Assembly (NCBI RefSeq): GCF_964204645.1
Contig: NC_134033.1
Span: 11,664,655-11,728,654 of the forward strand
Length of the DNA: 64,000 bases
Source: Tubulanus polymorphus
Lineage: Eukaryota; Animalia; Nemertea
Direction: 5' to 3'
The notes beneath the pieces are model-generated. The model was not told the origin of the DNA. It saw nothing but the letters and a program-made list of their open reading frames with translations, and searched no databases. This document shows positions 13,396 through 26,700 of the stretch, one piece after another (within the stretch, counting starts at the first letter, position 1; the number at the start of each line of letters is the position of its first letter). The position numbers and the translations under genes were made by a program.

Positions 13396-15462
13396 GACTG
13401 CTACACGATCTCATTCAGTCGCGGAGGAATCAAACCGGATATCTACTATATATCAATATCACATGCTTATCAAACAGATTTCGAATGTAATTGAGTCATG
13501 TCGTCGGTTTGTGACCCCGGAAACAACGAACCCGCGAGATAACTGTTACAGACTCGGTTGTCATTAGTCGCCGGTGATAGGAATCATATCGTGATTTCTC
13601 ATTGTGTTTTACCATCAAATATCTTATTCGAAAATGCGTGGAAAGCCCGTTCATTCTCTCATCGGGTTCGAATCCTACAACCGAGTTATACCCATTGTGA
13701 ATGGTGTACCCGCAAAACCAGCTATCTCGTTAGATGTGTGACGAGTAGTAGGTTGCTCGTTTTCAAAATTAGTTCATTTTCAATGAACTTTGAGCTGGAT
13801 TTTTAGACTCCTGAATCCATATACTATCACAGGACTCACCAAATATGAAATACTTTCATTTTTCTAATCAGATATCGATATATTTTTCGTAGATAATTGA
13901 TTCATTTAAGAGAAAAGTTCATTCATATTTAATTGAAATGTAGAAGGAAATCGAACACGGACGACCAACTATCTACTAGCGAATCTGGCGGATCCTCGCC
14001 TGCCATGAGTGGAATCCTCGATTGCCACAGTAGCACTGCGGGTACCCCATTCGACCCAAAACGTCCGCTGGCTTTCGCCGATTACATTTTCAAGCCCACC
14101 TATCATAGCGAAACCACTTCGTACGTCTGACGACTATTAACCATCATCAGACGCCTGATGATGGCTAATAGTCTTTAGCCGAAAGGTTGCGCAAATATAT
14201 ATTCTCATCTATTCAAGTTTCTCGTTTTGGCTGAATTTATTGTGGGATTCCTCTCGTTATCATCTTACACGGATATTGTGTATATTCTCGTCTCAGTGCA
14301 AATAATAATATCTACAGCTTTATGATATGTGCTTCACTCGCATGTTGATAGACATTCACTGCTACCTTTATTTGCTGGTACATTCTATTTCATTATCATA
14401 TCTTGTACATGTCTTTCCTTATAGTTAAATGAAAAATAAATCATTATCATTATAATCGAAGGTTAGAGTCTGTAATAATCAATAGCTGTAACAATAAAGA
14501 GTTAGATTACAGATAGAAGTATCCTCAGTTTTATGTATCTACTTTATTCCAATCGCATGACGAAAGACCCCCGGGAATAAATCGAAGTCTTAAAACTTCT
14601 AAAATACCACAATACTTGTTTCCAACTTCTTCTGATAGACATTGGTAACAGGTTTTAACTTGTCCTGGTTGGTCTTGTATATGTGGAAATGTTGGGAAAT
14701 TCTATAAACCAACTTTCATTGGTAAGCGTAGTGAAAACTCGTTGTTTCTCGTTGACTGATTCGCTCAATGAAGAACAATAGACGAATGAACCAATGACTT
14801 ATTTAGACGATGATGCTGTACTCATTATCACACATCATGTTTTACTTGGGTCGAGTCTTAACTTGATCGTCTTCGATGTATTATTTTGTCATTTCTTTTA
14901 TTTTATCCTTATCCTCATTTGTGGATATTTTATCCTTATCCATCTTCTGTGTACTTGATTTCACACTCAAATATTTTTTTTAATGTAAAATCTTAAATTA
15001 TATTGTATTATATTATATTGTATTGTAGTGTATTTTATTGTATTGTAATGACTGAACTTTCGCGCAGGTTTCACATCAAACATCGGCGAGATAGTTCACC
15101 GTTTCATCGAAATTGTGGCCGAGTTTTCCATTTATACTGCTCAATTGCACATGTGGCCTCTCAGGGCAGGTCTGCGGATTCTTAAGATTGACCTTCTCGA
15201 AACCTGTCTCGAATAGAGGTCTTGCACGTGACATCACCTTCTGTTTACGACTACGGACTCCATATCGATTGGCATTTGTACTAATGAATGAACAACGATT
15301 ATATATTTTCAAGAGAAAAATTTATTTGCGTTTGAAACTTGATGCATCGAATACATACATCGAATACGATTGGTCAGATTTAAACTGCGAAGAAATGTAT
15401 TGCGAATAGGTTTTTACGAATCTGGCGTTGAAGATACGTCAGGTACAACAACTCAAAAATTC

Positions 15463-18011
15463 TTACGCTAAATCGACGTTAAAGGCGTATCGTCGATACT
15501 TGTTTCGTTTTATCAGTCTTGTCGTAAATTCTGTACCAGCCGCAAGATCGTATTGTGTGGCGTATTTACTGTATCTGATATATTCAACCGCCGTGTATCC
15601 TGGTGGTTTCACGTCGAGTGATATATCATAAGTTAAAACACTAGAATTTTCGACCGTTGTGAATATACCCAGGAAATCTCCGCTCTTGACGGCAATGCGC
15701 TGATCAACCGGTACATCAACCTGTTACAATGAGTAAATTCATTTGCAACATAACAAGCTAGAACATATTCTAAGAATATTAACGAAATACATCACCAACT
15801 GACATTAAATTTACAAGCGAAGTCAAACTAATCTAGCTCTTTATCTCTGTTAAGAAACTTACCGAAACGATTCCTGCTTGCGTACCGCTAAGAGTTTGGA
15901 ACCCGATAAGTTTGAAAGTGTGGTTACCGGTCTGTCTGAAGACTGCGCCGTTCACATCATTGCCGTTGCCTCGCGAATAGTAGTTCCAACGAATTATAGA
16001 CGCATTGCACGGCATTTTGTAATCGAGAAGAACTACTAATGAGTTCTTGTGTTTGCTAGTGATGCTCGACATGTTGGTTCCTCCAACCTTTGTATCACAG
16101 GCGGGTGGAGTTACCGGAAGTGGGGTGCTAGTCGGTGCAGGTGGTTGCGCTACCTCTACGCGAAACAAAAAGAAAAAACACAAAGGAAAAATATAATTGT
16201 TGTCAAACATGTTTTAACTTCCATAAATGAAGGTAATATTGAATCTAGGGTGATCGTTTGGAATCAGGAAAGTCGATGTTGATAACTTACCGAAATTGCA
16301 GAGTGGTCCCGAGAATGAACCGGTGCAGGCGCAGTCGGCTTCTCCTAACTCGTTCTTGGAGCAAGTTCCTCCATTCTGACATGGATTCGGATCACACGGG
16401 TCACCGACTGAAATGAGAAATGCAGAACGCCATTATAACTCAGAGACTCGCAATATGCGATTTACGATAAACAATATGCGATTGATGATAAACAATATGC
16501 GATACTTGAGACCCGATATCACTTACCTATTTCACAAAGATCCCCTGAGAAATTAGGAGGGCAGTCACACACAGGTTTACCGTCAACAGAGTAACATTCA
16601 CCACCGTTTGAACAGTTCGTATTGGCGCAAATATCTACAACAAAATATGATTAATGTTAAAAACTGGAGAAATGAACTTGAGATTACAATTGAGGAGATT
16701 TAAATAACGGTTCAACCTACCGCAATCAGCCACAGGGATGCATTTCGACGCGGTGTAAATAAAACCGGCATCGCATTCACATCCGGCAACGGTCGGTAAA
16801 TCACAATTTGCCGCATCGACGGTTCGTTGTTCACATGTTGGTTGACAACCGGACATTTTTCTGTTGAAGGCACTGTTTGCGGGACAATTCGGCACTAAAA
16901 AGAATGATAATAATAATGCCAGAATCAAAAATCAAAAGTGCCACCATTACAGTAATACCGATATCGGATAACCCGATATCGGGGTTCGCACTCAAGACCT
17001 GGTTTTGCCGGAGTTCAACGCTTTAACCACTCGCCCACGTTGCAACCACAGCCACTTACAATGAATTTAGCACTATGAGTGTCCTACAGCGGCGGATCCC
17101 GCACTGCCCCATGAAAATCGTGAGCCCCTGCTACTTATTTCTTAATAGTAATGGCCACACGCATTGTATCTGCAGATGGACACTCATCAACGAAATTGTA
17201 TTTTAAACCCATTTTTGGAATCATATCATAAACCGAAAATTTCTCTTACGGCACAAATCCACCGTTCTCCACGTGGTCACTGTATGTCCAGCCTCTTCGC
17301 ACGCGGTCTCCGCCTCAGAAAGCGACGAACAAATGGTTTCCATATCACCTCTCATCGCCGCTCCGTCAAATACACAGTTGTCGAAAGTCGTGGTAATAGT
17401 GGTATCATTAGCACCGATACATTCACCGAATGGACCGTCAGCTTTATTCAACAGACCGCAGAAATTATCAGCACCGTATTTCGTCTTATCAGCTTCCGTT
17501 AGTACGAATGGCTCACTTGAAACAGACGAAAATATCAACTTCAGATCGGAATTAAAAATGAAAAATAATTTACTTATTGGTTGCATCATCGATATGTTTC
17601 CCTTTGCGTTTCTCATCAATTCATTAACGTTTGTTAATCCCACCGTAATACGTAACTTAAACTCAAACAATAGCAATTAACTAAAACTCACGGCTGTGCT
17701 TCACGCTTACGTCTTCCGGCATAATATGGACAACTATAAAAACAAAAAGATTTCAATTTTGTGGAAACGAAAAACATTTTTACCGGACACACTGTGATAC
17801 GAAGAGTTCCACAACACTAATTAGATGCGTACGTATGTGATATCTATTACGCCACAAAATCAATTCAGTCCAAAACTGGCGAGAGGGACTGAAATTCATT
17901 TAAGTAAGCAAGAGTAAAGACAAAAGAGAGGTATATGTACGTATTGCAGATGGGCTAGGTGCATAGTCACAGAACAATGTGGCTACTAGCTGCTAGCTGA
18001 TAGCTTATGAC

Positions 18012-18084
<73 letters not shown>

Positions 18085-21000
18085 TTTTCAGTTACCTTCC
18101 CGGCACGACGCACTGGTTATCACTACCGAGTAAGCAACTTGACGTCAACGGATCATCGTCGCCGTACACCCCATTACAGTTGCCACAAGCTCCGGTCAAT
18201 CTACCGCCGTAATTATTCGGGCCAAGTATTCCGCCGTACTGTATATACATTCTGTAACCGTAAATGTACTGCACTACGACCCCACAGTTCAACAACTGTA
18301 CGAATAGCCTTCCGTAGCATCGCGTGATCTTTACTCCAGGTACGGTGACGCAGCCGCATTGACGAACTCCGTTTATCTGAAAACGAAAAAGCCTCTTTAT
18401 AGGTAGCCTCGGGAGTGAATGCACAGGAACTTTCAACTGAATGATTACCCGCAGTGTAAGCGTATATACGTCTGACAAATTGCTAATGCTAATAACGTCT
18501 TTCCAAAAGAAGGAAAATACAAATTGCTATTAAATGTCTTTCCAAAAGGCTTAGGCATACTTACATATTGTAAATTGTTCCTGGGTTAATAATGCTACTT
18601 ATAACAAAAAAAATCCGACAAAAAATAATATCCCTTCGATGAAATACACGTAACAGCCCCTCAATCTCCCCACAACCATGACGAAAAACATTCGAGAAAA
18701 AAAGAATTTTACTGTACCCAGAGATATTTGTAATTGAAGGCAATCTGATATCCATTATATTCAACTATTCCATATCTGACGTACGAAACGCGTCCGTATG
18801 GAACGTTTCTGGAAGATATACGATATTTGCAGGTTTCGTCGGCGTAACCGGCGTGCTCCGACAAAATATATTCACAATGATAGCCTTGGAAGTCGAATGG
18901 ACGCAGATCTAACGTTATGTAATGAGGATCGCCATAAACTGAACAGACACTATTGCACGGCCATACGACGGGTACTGAAAAAGGTTAACGATATCTCTTT
19001 ACTCATTTCCTCTGATAATAGAATTCGACTACTTTAACGAAATGAACCTTTATTCATAATTTGAGACGACTGACCTTCACAGTGGGGGCCTTGGAATCCG
19101 GTTGGGCACTGGCACACTGGTTGATTGTTAACCGCTTGACAGGTTGCATTATTTTTGCACGGGTTTGGACTGCACGGGTTTCCTGTAAGCATTGCATTTT
19201 TATAGAATAAGATGCACTGAAGGCTACTGTGGCATGTGTAGCAATCGATATCTCATGTTCAAGTATAGAACAAAATATATGAATATTCGTTTGGGGTAAA
19301 ACGAAATGAAAAGCTTAATTTCGCTTACCGCAAATCGATGAGCAAGTATACGTCGTTCTATCATCAGACGCGGTACAGGTTTCTCCAGACGCACACGGAT
19401 TCGCAAGACAAGGATCCGGAGGTGGCGTCCAAGCGGTGCAAGTACGTGATGAACCATCAGCAGATGCGGTACAGGTTTCTCCAGACGCACACGGATTCGC
19501 AAGACAAGGATCCGGAGGCTGCGTCCAAGCAGTGCAAGTATATGTTGAACCATCAGCAGATGCGGTACAATCGTGTCGATCTGGACACGGTTTCACAGCG
19601 CAAGGATCTGGTGGTTGCGTCACCGCTGTCGATAAAGATTCAAAACTCTTTCAAGAAGAGTTAATGCATTCACGGGAATGACAGTACTATTCACAAAATA
19701 TACACTATGAACCGAGGAAACCAAGCTAGAAAAGTGACATTTTCTAGTTGTCGTCAATCGTAGCCTAGGCCTTTGCACCGTATTCTTATACGCGTCCATC
19801 AAATTATCCATAATGAATCGTTGGGTTTGCGATATTGAATGTAAACAAACACCTACCTTGAGTGCATGTCGTCCCGGTCCATTCACTGGTACACGTGCAT
19901 TCAGGAACTCTCTGGCTATTATTCCACGCGCACGTACCCCCATTTTGACAATAGTTTGAACAATTTCCTGCAAAAATCATTTTCAAATAGCCATCAAAAA
20001 TTATATACTATGCTTGGGTGATTGAAAAGTGATAATTAAACTATTCAAATAGCATCACGGAGGTAGGAAACAAGCGCCGAATTTGTGAAAACTTCGAAAC
20101 GCTCTCTACGACATGGTGCGCCACCTCGCGCCCTTTACACAAACTCCTCACGCTCGGTCCAGAGGAATTTCATCGCTGGCAAGTTTCAAGGTACCTTCAG
20201 ACACCTCTGTCGTATCTATTTGTCAAATATATGTTTAGAAGCGTATCTACCCACATTATCTATCTCCATGAAATATGTTAAGTTATGAAAAGAGCATCGA
20301 TACCCTTGTGTGATTTTGTTTTAGCTGTACATACTGTACTCGCAGAGCGATCCTGTATATCCATAGAAACATTCACAAGCAATTATCTGGCCTTGTATGA
20401 ATTCACATCCATTTTGACAACTTCCTTTGAACGCGCAAATTGGTGGTGACTCTACAAATATATATTTATATATCAGTGGATAATTGATTATTACCAATTT
20501 TGGTTTATCCTCCATCCGACAATTTTTGTTGCGTCATTTTTCTGGCAAATTTATCTCTCAATCTAGTTGTGCATAAATTGCTACTTACCACTTCTTACAC
20601 CTGACACCACAAAACATAAGACAATGAAAGTGTAACCTGAGATGATAAAGAATATAGATATCGTTGAATCTTTAGATGTCTTCGTCATTTCTAGGTGAGC
20701 ATTGCCATGATGGGATTCGAACCTGATTGCACCGGAACTGGATGCGCCGCAATAACGCTGAGGATAGGCAGACCCAATCAAAATTTGTTCATTGGCCATC
20801 AATGAAACGTAAATCTTTATTGTATCTATCGATCATAACACGCTGATACTATATATCTGAATATGACCTAAACCCTCTAAAACAATATGTTTTATCATCA
20901 CAATTATCATTATCTTAATCAGTATGATAATTATCATTTATTACGCATCATTTTGGTCAAACGGACTTTTGCATTCAGAAATAATACATTGTTTCGTATT

Positions 21001-21316
21001 AATCAGCGCTTGTTTACTCGGCATGCGCTCGCGTCATTCCAGAGAACCTACTCGACGGACGCTCGGGGACATGGATATGACGTCAATGCCTATTCATTTG
21101 CATAACGGAACACAGTAAGCAGCCCCACATTCTAGCCCGCGGAGGCAGTTTTTCATCATCTATTTCTGAATGCAAAGTCTTTACTGAACAAACTAATACA
21201 TGACGTAGGTTAAGCATCTGATTATCAGCGAGAGAAACTGCGTAACCCTTGGACAATAAAGGTCGCCTCTGTCACACAGCGGACAGTAGAGAAAATACAT
21301 TTGACTTACCTAACAT
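15463..21316 (-). CDS. Mucin/zonadhesin-like secreted protein, copy A (827 aa): SP-EGF2-3x half-EGF-EGF-VWD-RRKR-C8-TIL-EGF2-short PT-C-terminal domain
   Basis: 15 exons: 21316-21310, 20636-20589, 20451-20335, 19967-19857, 19625-19329, 19182-19075, 18974-18718, 18376-18096, 17733-17692, 17515-17250, 16894-16721, 16634-16527, 16407-16291, 16155-15863, 15720-15463. GT-AG introns, consistent phases, 2484 nt. Signal MLGYTFIVLCFVVSGVRS; VWD CSVYGDPHY..FQGYHCEYILS..GACGNCNG; C8 CGLL..GPFGEC..FDNCVFD..WRT..C; TIL CPANSAF..GCQPTC..GCECDAGF. This is the most divergent copy. Confidence 0.9.
16975..17045 (-). mobile_element. Probable tRNA-derived SINE head in intron 10 of copy A
   Basis: Minus strand GCAACGTGGGCGAGTGGTTAAAGCGTTGAACTCCGGCAAAACCAGGTCTTGAGTGCGAACCCCG has an A-box-like TGGGCGAGTGG and a degenerate B box. 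It is absent from the matching intron of copies B-E, and there is no intact cloverleaf. Confidence 0.5.
18012..18083. repeat. (GAT)24 microsatellite in intron 8 of copy A
   Basis: Read directly; source of the poly-Met ORF at 18007. Confidence 0.97.
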
Positions 21317-23109
21317 CGCGGTGCCAAAGTCTCGTTTGCGTTCTCTTTGCTATTAAGCTAAGTGAAATTTTCCGTTATATTTAAAGGTATATCATCAACC
21401 GGAAAAATTGGTAACCGAAGTATTAAGAGTGTTCTTCAAATCTAATAAAAGTCTACATGTAGTGCTCCCAATTCCGCTATTTGCAGTAGAATCAATAATC
21501 ACAAGCACTTGCAGCGAAATCGTAAATCTATCAATCTAATTTCACCAGAAAACAAATCGAGTGTCACTCCAATTGGATATATCAATCATAGAATAGAATT
21601 TTCCTATTCCACGATTTCCATTCAGTTCTTAATCATCAAAAATTATTCGCGTTATGCTCCAATCATTACAGTTAAACCTCGTTATAGCGAACTCGCATTA
21701 AATGATTCATGTAATGACTCATGATCGGATTTAACAAGTAAAAATTATCAATTTCAAATAAAAAAGTGTAAACGGTATAACATACGGTATAACAATAAAC
21801 AAACAGTCGCAGTAGATTGATAGTCTTAGTGCCCTTAAGTCCATTGTAACGACGTGTTGAATCAAACAGGCGTCTTGGTGTGTTTTGAAGCTCCATTAGC
21901 TAGGGCAGGTAAAGAATAGGTTTACCGTAAGCAAGAACTTACGGACTTGAAAGTTAATTGACAACTTGAAGAAAAATAACACGTATTGTCTTATATTCAT
22001 TGGCAATGAATAATGTGAATTTAATATCAAGGATCAATAAAATTATTTTTAATTTGAACCGGCAACCAGTCTGTACCCAATATTAATGACGTATGGCACA
22101 TCCACTCAAATATCATTATTTTTAGATACGGAAATTTATTGAATAGAAAATATGAGTCAAAGAAAGTATTGAATTACGAAATGAACGCCAAAATTCACAA
22201 TTTTAAAACGCTAATATTGATGACGTAGTGCACATCGACTCACTCACACAGTACCCCTTAAATAACGCATTATAATAGTATATAAAAGTTATCAATGTAT
22301 AAAAACATTTCTGTAACGGTTTTTACGGCATGAAAGATATGGCAATGAGTAGGAAAGGTGACGCATCCATACGACAGCATTGTGATAGAGATTGGTCCAA
22401 AGATAGCCATAACTTGGAGTGTTTGTTCCTTAACTTAAGTTTGTACTTTCACGCTGATTATAGTCCAGTAAAGCACTCTTATCCGAGTCAACTATAAATT
22501 AATTAAATCATCAGAATTTTCTGAAAGGGAATTAAAAGGAGACTACAACGTTTCGGCAGTTGACGAACACTTATCTTCATCAGCCATCATCTGATTCTGA
22601 TTTCTATTTGATATACTTAATCCTGCATAAACGCATTTCCAACGCAATGAAAATATTAATGATTTACTTGCTAGCTCTCGTGCAAGCTATCATGGGCAAG
22701 GGTCTTTAGATTTCTAAACGTACGTCATGCATATATCTGATATCGTGAAGCAAATTAACTATAAGTATCGCCCTCTTGCCAGAGTGAATCGCAATATCGA
22801 ATGATTGGTGATTGAGAAGCCTAGGTTAATAAAACAGCAGGTGTTTAACGGGAGAAACTAATGAAAACTGTTTCATCCGAAGTATACTTGTCTATAAAGC
22901 GTTTCTGAACTTGGATATTGTTTGTGATATCACGAGGCATCGATGAAAGCGAATGCGTGGATGTGTCGTATGAGAAAAACCTGGTAAATTATCTCCGACC
23001 GACCTCCCCTATAGGTATCTATGCCTTCATTCATTCATTTTACTACTATAACTGGTACTTCCAACAAATGCTGTAGATACGATTGCGTACGGCTTTGCGA
23101 CGTTGTTGC

Positions 23110-23151
23110 TTAGTTGTTCGCCATATTGTCCTTTATCCATTCTACGAATTG
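23110..23151 (-). pseudogene. Minimal remnant of the trypsin-like protease C-terminus
   Basis: Translates as QFVEWIKDNMANN*, matching [13 protein letters not shown] of the remnant at 31342-31575. Flanking sequence near 22700-22950 also resembles 30940-31190. Confidence 0.7.
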
Positions 23152-23734
23152 CCATGATTTATAATATTGCAGAATATTTGGACTGAGAACGCCATTGAAT
23201 AAGATGATTTTCTGCAAGCTTTGAAGTTTGACAATATTGATTAACAATATGGCCATCTGTAACGCATTACGCATTTTCCTAGTAATATCTCGTGCACGTT
23301 ACCAGTAATTTCCTATAGTTTCTAGATGTGTATCGTCAGTAGTTTGATATCAAGCGACGAATAGGACAATCGAAAACATGTGACAACCAACAATATCTTA
23401 TTTAGCAGAAACAGAATTTTATTTGAACCTCTGTTTCACAGGTTTTAGAACTTGCAGGATTCGAAATAAAGCTTGACATTATCGGAATACAGCTGTTATA
23501 TAATATATGTATGAAGGAAACATTTAGAACGAAACGATATTTGATATTCATTTCGATGAAACTTATTCCCGTGTTGAAGATTTCAATTTCCGACTTCGTG
23601 TCATCGACACTTACTAAAATAAGACGTAAGATTCCTTTACAAGGGAAGCGAACTTCGCCTGGGATGATTAAACAAATCGATTAACTTTGTTGGCCTGTAG
23701 TTCGCGAATAATTTGGAAGATAGAGCTCACATTT

Positions 23735-26700
23735 TTACCCTAAATCGACGTTTAAGGCGTATCGTCGATACTTGTTTCGTTTTTTCAGTCTTGTCGTAAA
23801 TTCTGTACCAGTCGCAAGATCGTATTGAGTGGCGTATTTCCCGTATCTGATATATTCGAAGGCCGTGTATCCTGGTGGTTTTTCGCTGCGTGATAGATCG
23901 AAAGTTAAAACTTTCGACCTACGGACTGTTGTGAATATACCCAGGAAATCTCTTTTCTTGACTGCAATGCGCTGATCTACCGGTACATCAACCTGTTACA
24001 ATGAGTAAATTCATTTGCTATGATAAGGTCTATTTCAAACACATCGTGGTCGTGAAGTCACGTATATTACTAATCAGGCTCAATTACTTCATTCAATGAA
24101 TGTCTCAAAACAAGTGAATACACAGACCTATGATAGATATCATCAGTTTATCCCGATCTTAATGATTGGTTCAAAAGACTGCCGTGTCAACGCATATTTA
24201 GTCGGAAGCCGAGCTAAATAGATTGAAATTAACAATAAACAAGCTTACCGAAACGTCTCCTCTTTTCGCGCCGCTCAGAACCTGGAACCCGATAAGTTTG
24301 AAAGTGTGGCTACCAGTTTTTCTGAAAACTGCGCCGTTCACTTCCTTGCCGTTGCCCGTCGAATAGTAGTTCCAACGAATAATGGAGGAATCACACGATA
24401 TTTTGTAATCGAGAAGAACTACTAATGAACCCATGTGTTTCCAACTGCCTTTAGTCATGCTCTTTCCTCCAACTTTTACATTACACGTTGTTGGTGGTGG
24501 TGTCGGTGCAGGTGTCGGTGCAGGTGTTAGTGGTGTGGTCGTTGGCGCTTGTGGTGAGGTCGTTGACGATTGTGGTGTGGTTTCTGACGATTGAGGTGCT
24601 GTCGTTGACGATTGCCGTGTGGTCTCTGACGATAGAGGTGCTGTCGTTGACGATTGAGGTGTGGTCTCTGACGATTGTGGTGTGGTCTCTGACGATTGAG
24701 GTGTGGTCTCTGACGATTGAGGAGTGGTCTCTGACGATTGTGGTGTGGTCTCTGACGATTGTGGTGTGGTCTCTGACGATTGAGGTGTGGTCTCTGACGA
24801 TTGTGGTGTGGTCTCTGACGATTGAGGTGTGGTCTCTGACGATTGAGGAGTGGTCTCTGACGATTGTGGTGTGGTCTCTGACGATTGTGGTGTGGTCTCT
24901 GACGATTGTGGTGTGGTCTCTGACGATTGTGGTGTGGTCGTTGACGATTGGGGTGTGGTAGCCGTTGCATCTATCGCTAAGCCAACGAAAAATACAGAAT
25001 ACAATTCAATTAGTCTGAGTGTGTTGCACTGACGTCACGGCCAGTGGCTAGAGCTGTATTGTATCATTAAATGTACTTCGTTTAGCCGCTTGTGCTTGGT
25101 GTCAAATACGGAAACTGCGTAAACGCTCTACCCATAATAGAAAATAGTCACACGATTGTAGATGACGGGTAGTTTGAATAAGATACAAAATACATGCGTT
25201 TGAAATTCCATGTCCACTACATTCGGTGGTTCAGGTTCAGATTTAGTGAAAATACATGACTTCTCGTGGCCCAGGTTGACTTTCTTACCGAATTTGCAGA
25301 GTGGTCCCGAGAATGAATCAGTGCAGGCGCAGTCGGTTTCTCCTAACTCGTTCTTAGAGCACGTTCCTCCATTCTGACATGGATTCGGGTCACACGGGTC
25401 ACCGACTGAAATGAGAAATGCAGAACGCTATCATAACTCAGAGACTCGCCATATGCGATTTACGATTATTAACATGCGATATTTTAGACCCGATATCACT
25501 TACCTATTTCACAGAGATCCCCTGAGAAATTAGGAGGGCAGTCACACACAGGTTTACCATCAACAGAGTAACATTCACCACCGTTTGAACAGTTCGTATT
25601 GGCGCAAATATCTACAACAAATTGTAAATCACTGCAAGAATTGATTCTTCATGAATTTGATTGGAAATTAGCACAGAGCTGAAATGATAGTGAAATAACG
25701 GTTCAACCTACCGCAATCAGCCACCGGGATGCATCTCGACGCGGTGTAAATAAAACCGGCATCGCATTCACATCCGGCAGAGTTTGGTAAATCACAATTT
25801 GCTGCATCGACGGTTCGTTGTTCACATGTCGGTTGACAACCGGACATTTTTCTGTTAAAGGCACTGTTCTCGGGACAATTCGGTACTAAAACAAAGGTAT
25901 GTCAGCGCTGCTCCATGATTGTGCATTATATACAGTGCTAATTAAAAGGGATTCCAGTTTTCATTTTGGTTTTTAATTTATCTATATAGGCTACATAACA
26001 TAATTTCTCTTACGGCACAAATCCGCCGTTCTCCACGCGGTCACTGTATGTCCAGCCTCTTCGCATTCAGTTTCAGCCTCAGAAAGTGACGAACAAATGG
26101 TTTCCATATCACCTCTCATCGCCGCTCCGTCAAATACACAGTTGTCAAAAGTCGTGGTTACAGTGGTATCATTAGCACCGATACATTCACCGAATGGACC
26201 GTCAGCTTTATTCAACAGACCGCAGAAATTATCAGCACCGTATTTCGTCTTATCGGCTTCCGTTAGTACGAATGGCTCACTTGAAACAGACGAAAATATC
26301 AACTTCATTGGAAAATACATGCGGCAACTTAACAAGATACTAGATCAGAATTATAGTCAATATAAACATGAAATCTAAAACAGCATGTACACGGTACGAA
26401 ATGCAAGATGATCAAATAGAAATTTCCGTTAAATAACCTTCGACAAAATTCACATCAGGCGCGTGGGATTTGAATTATGATCGTAGACGTTGAGTGAATG
26501 TGGTTTCTTTTGCCCCTGATGTATTTTGACGTATTTGTTCTAGTGTTTGTTTATACTTACGCTGGAGCTTGTCGCTTACGTCTTCCGGCCCTCGCTCCGC
26601 AACTGTAACAAGATTCAATAAAATCGATCATTAAACAAAATGATTTACTTCACCTATTCTGGAAATGTTTCTCTGTATCTCAGAAATAATATTGTATACA

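Noticed and set aside
16975-17045. tRNA gene
   Set aside because: The T-loop is degenerate and there is no convincing acceptor stem; treated as a SINE-like relic.
18007-18327. Poly-methionine ORF
   Set aside because: A (GAT)n microsatellite running antisense into a VWD exon.
25030-25037. CRE palindrome TGACGTCA shared in the pre-PTS intron of B-E
   Set aside because: The surrounding intron is equally conserved among these recent paralogs and copy A lacks it, so there is no evidence of specific constraint.
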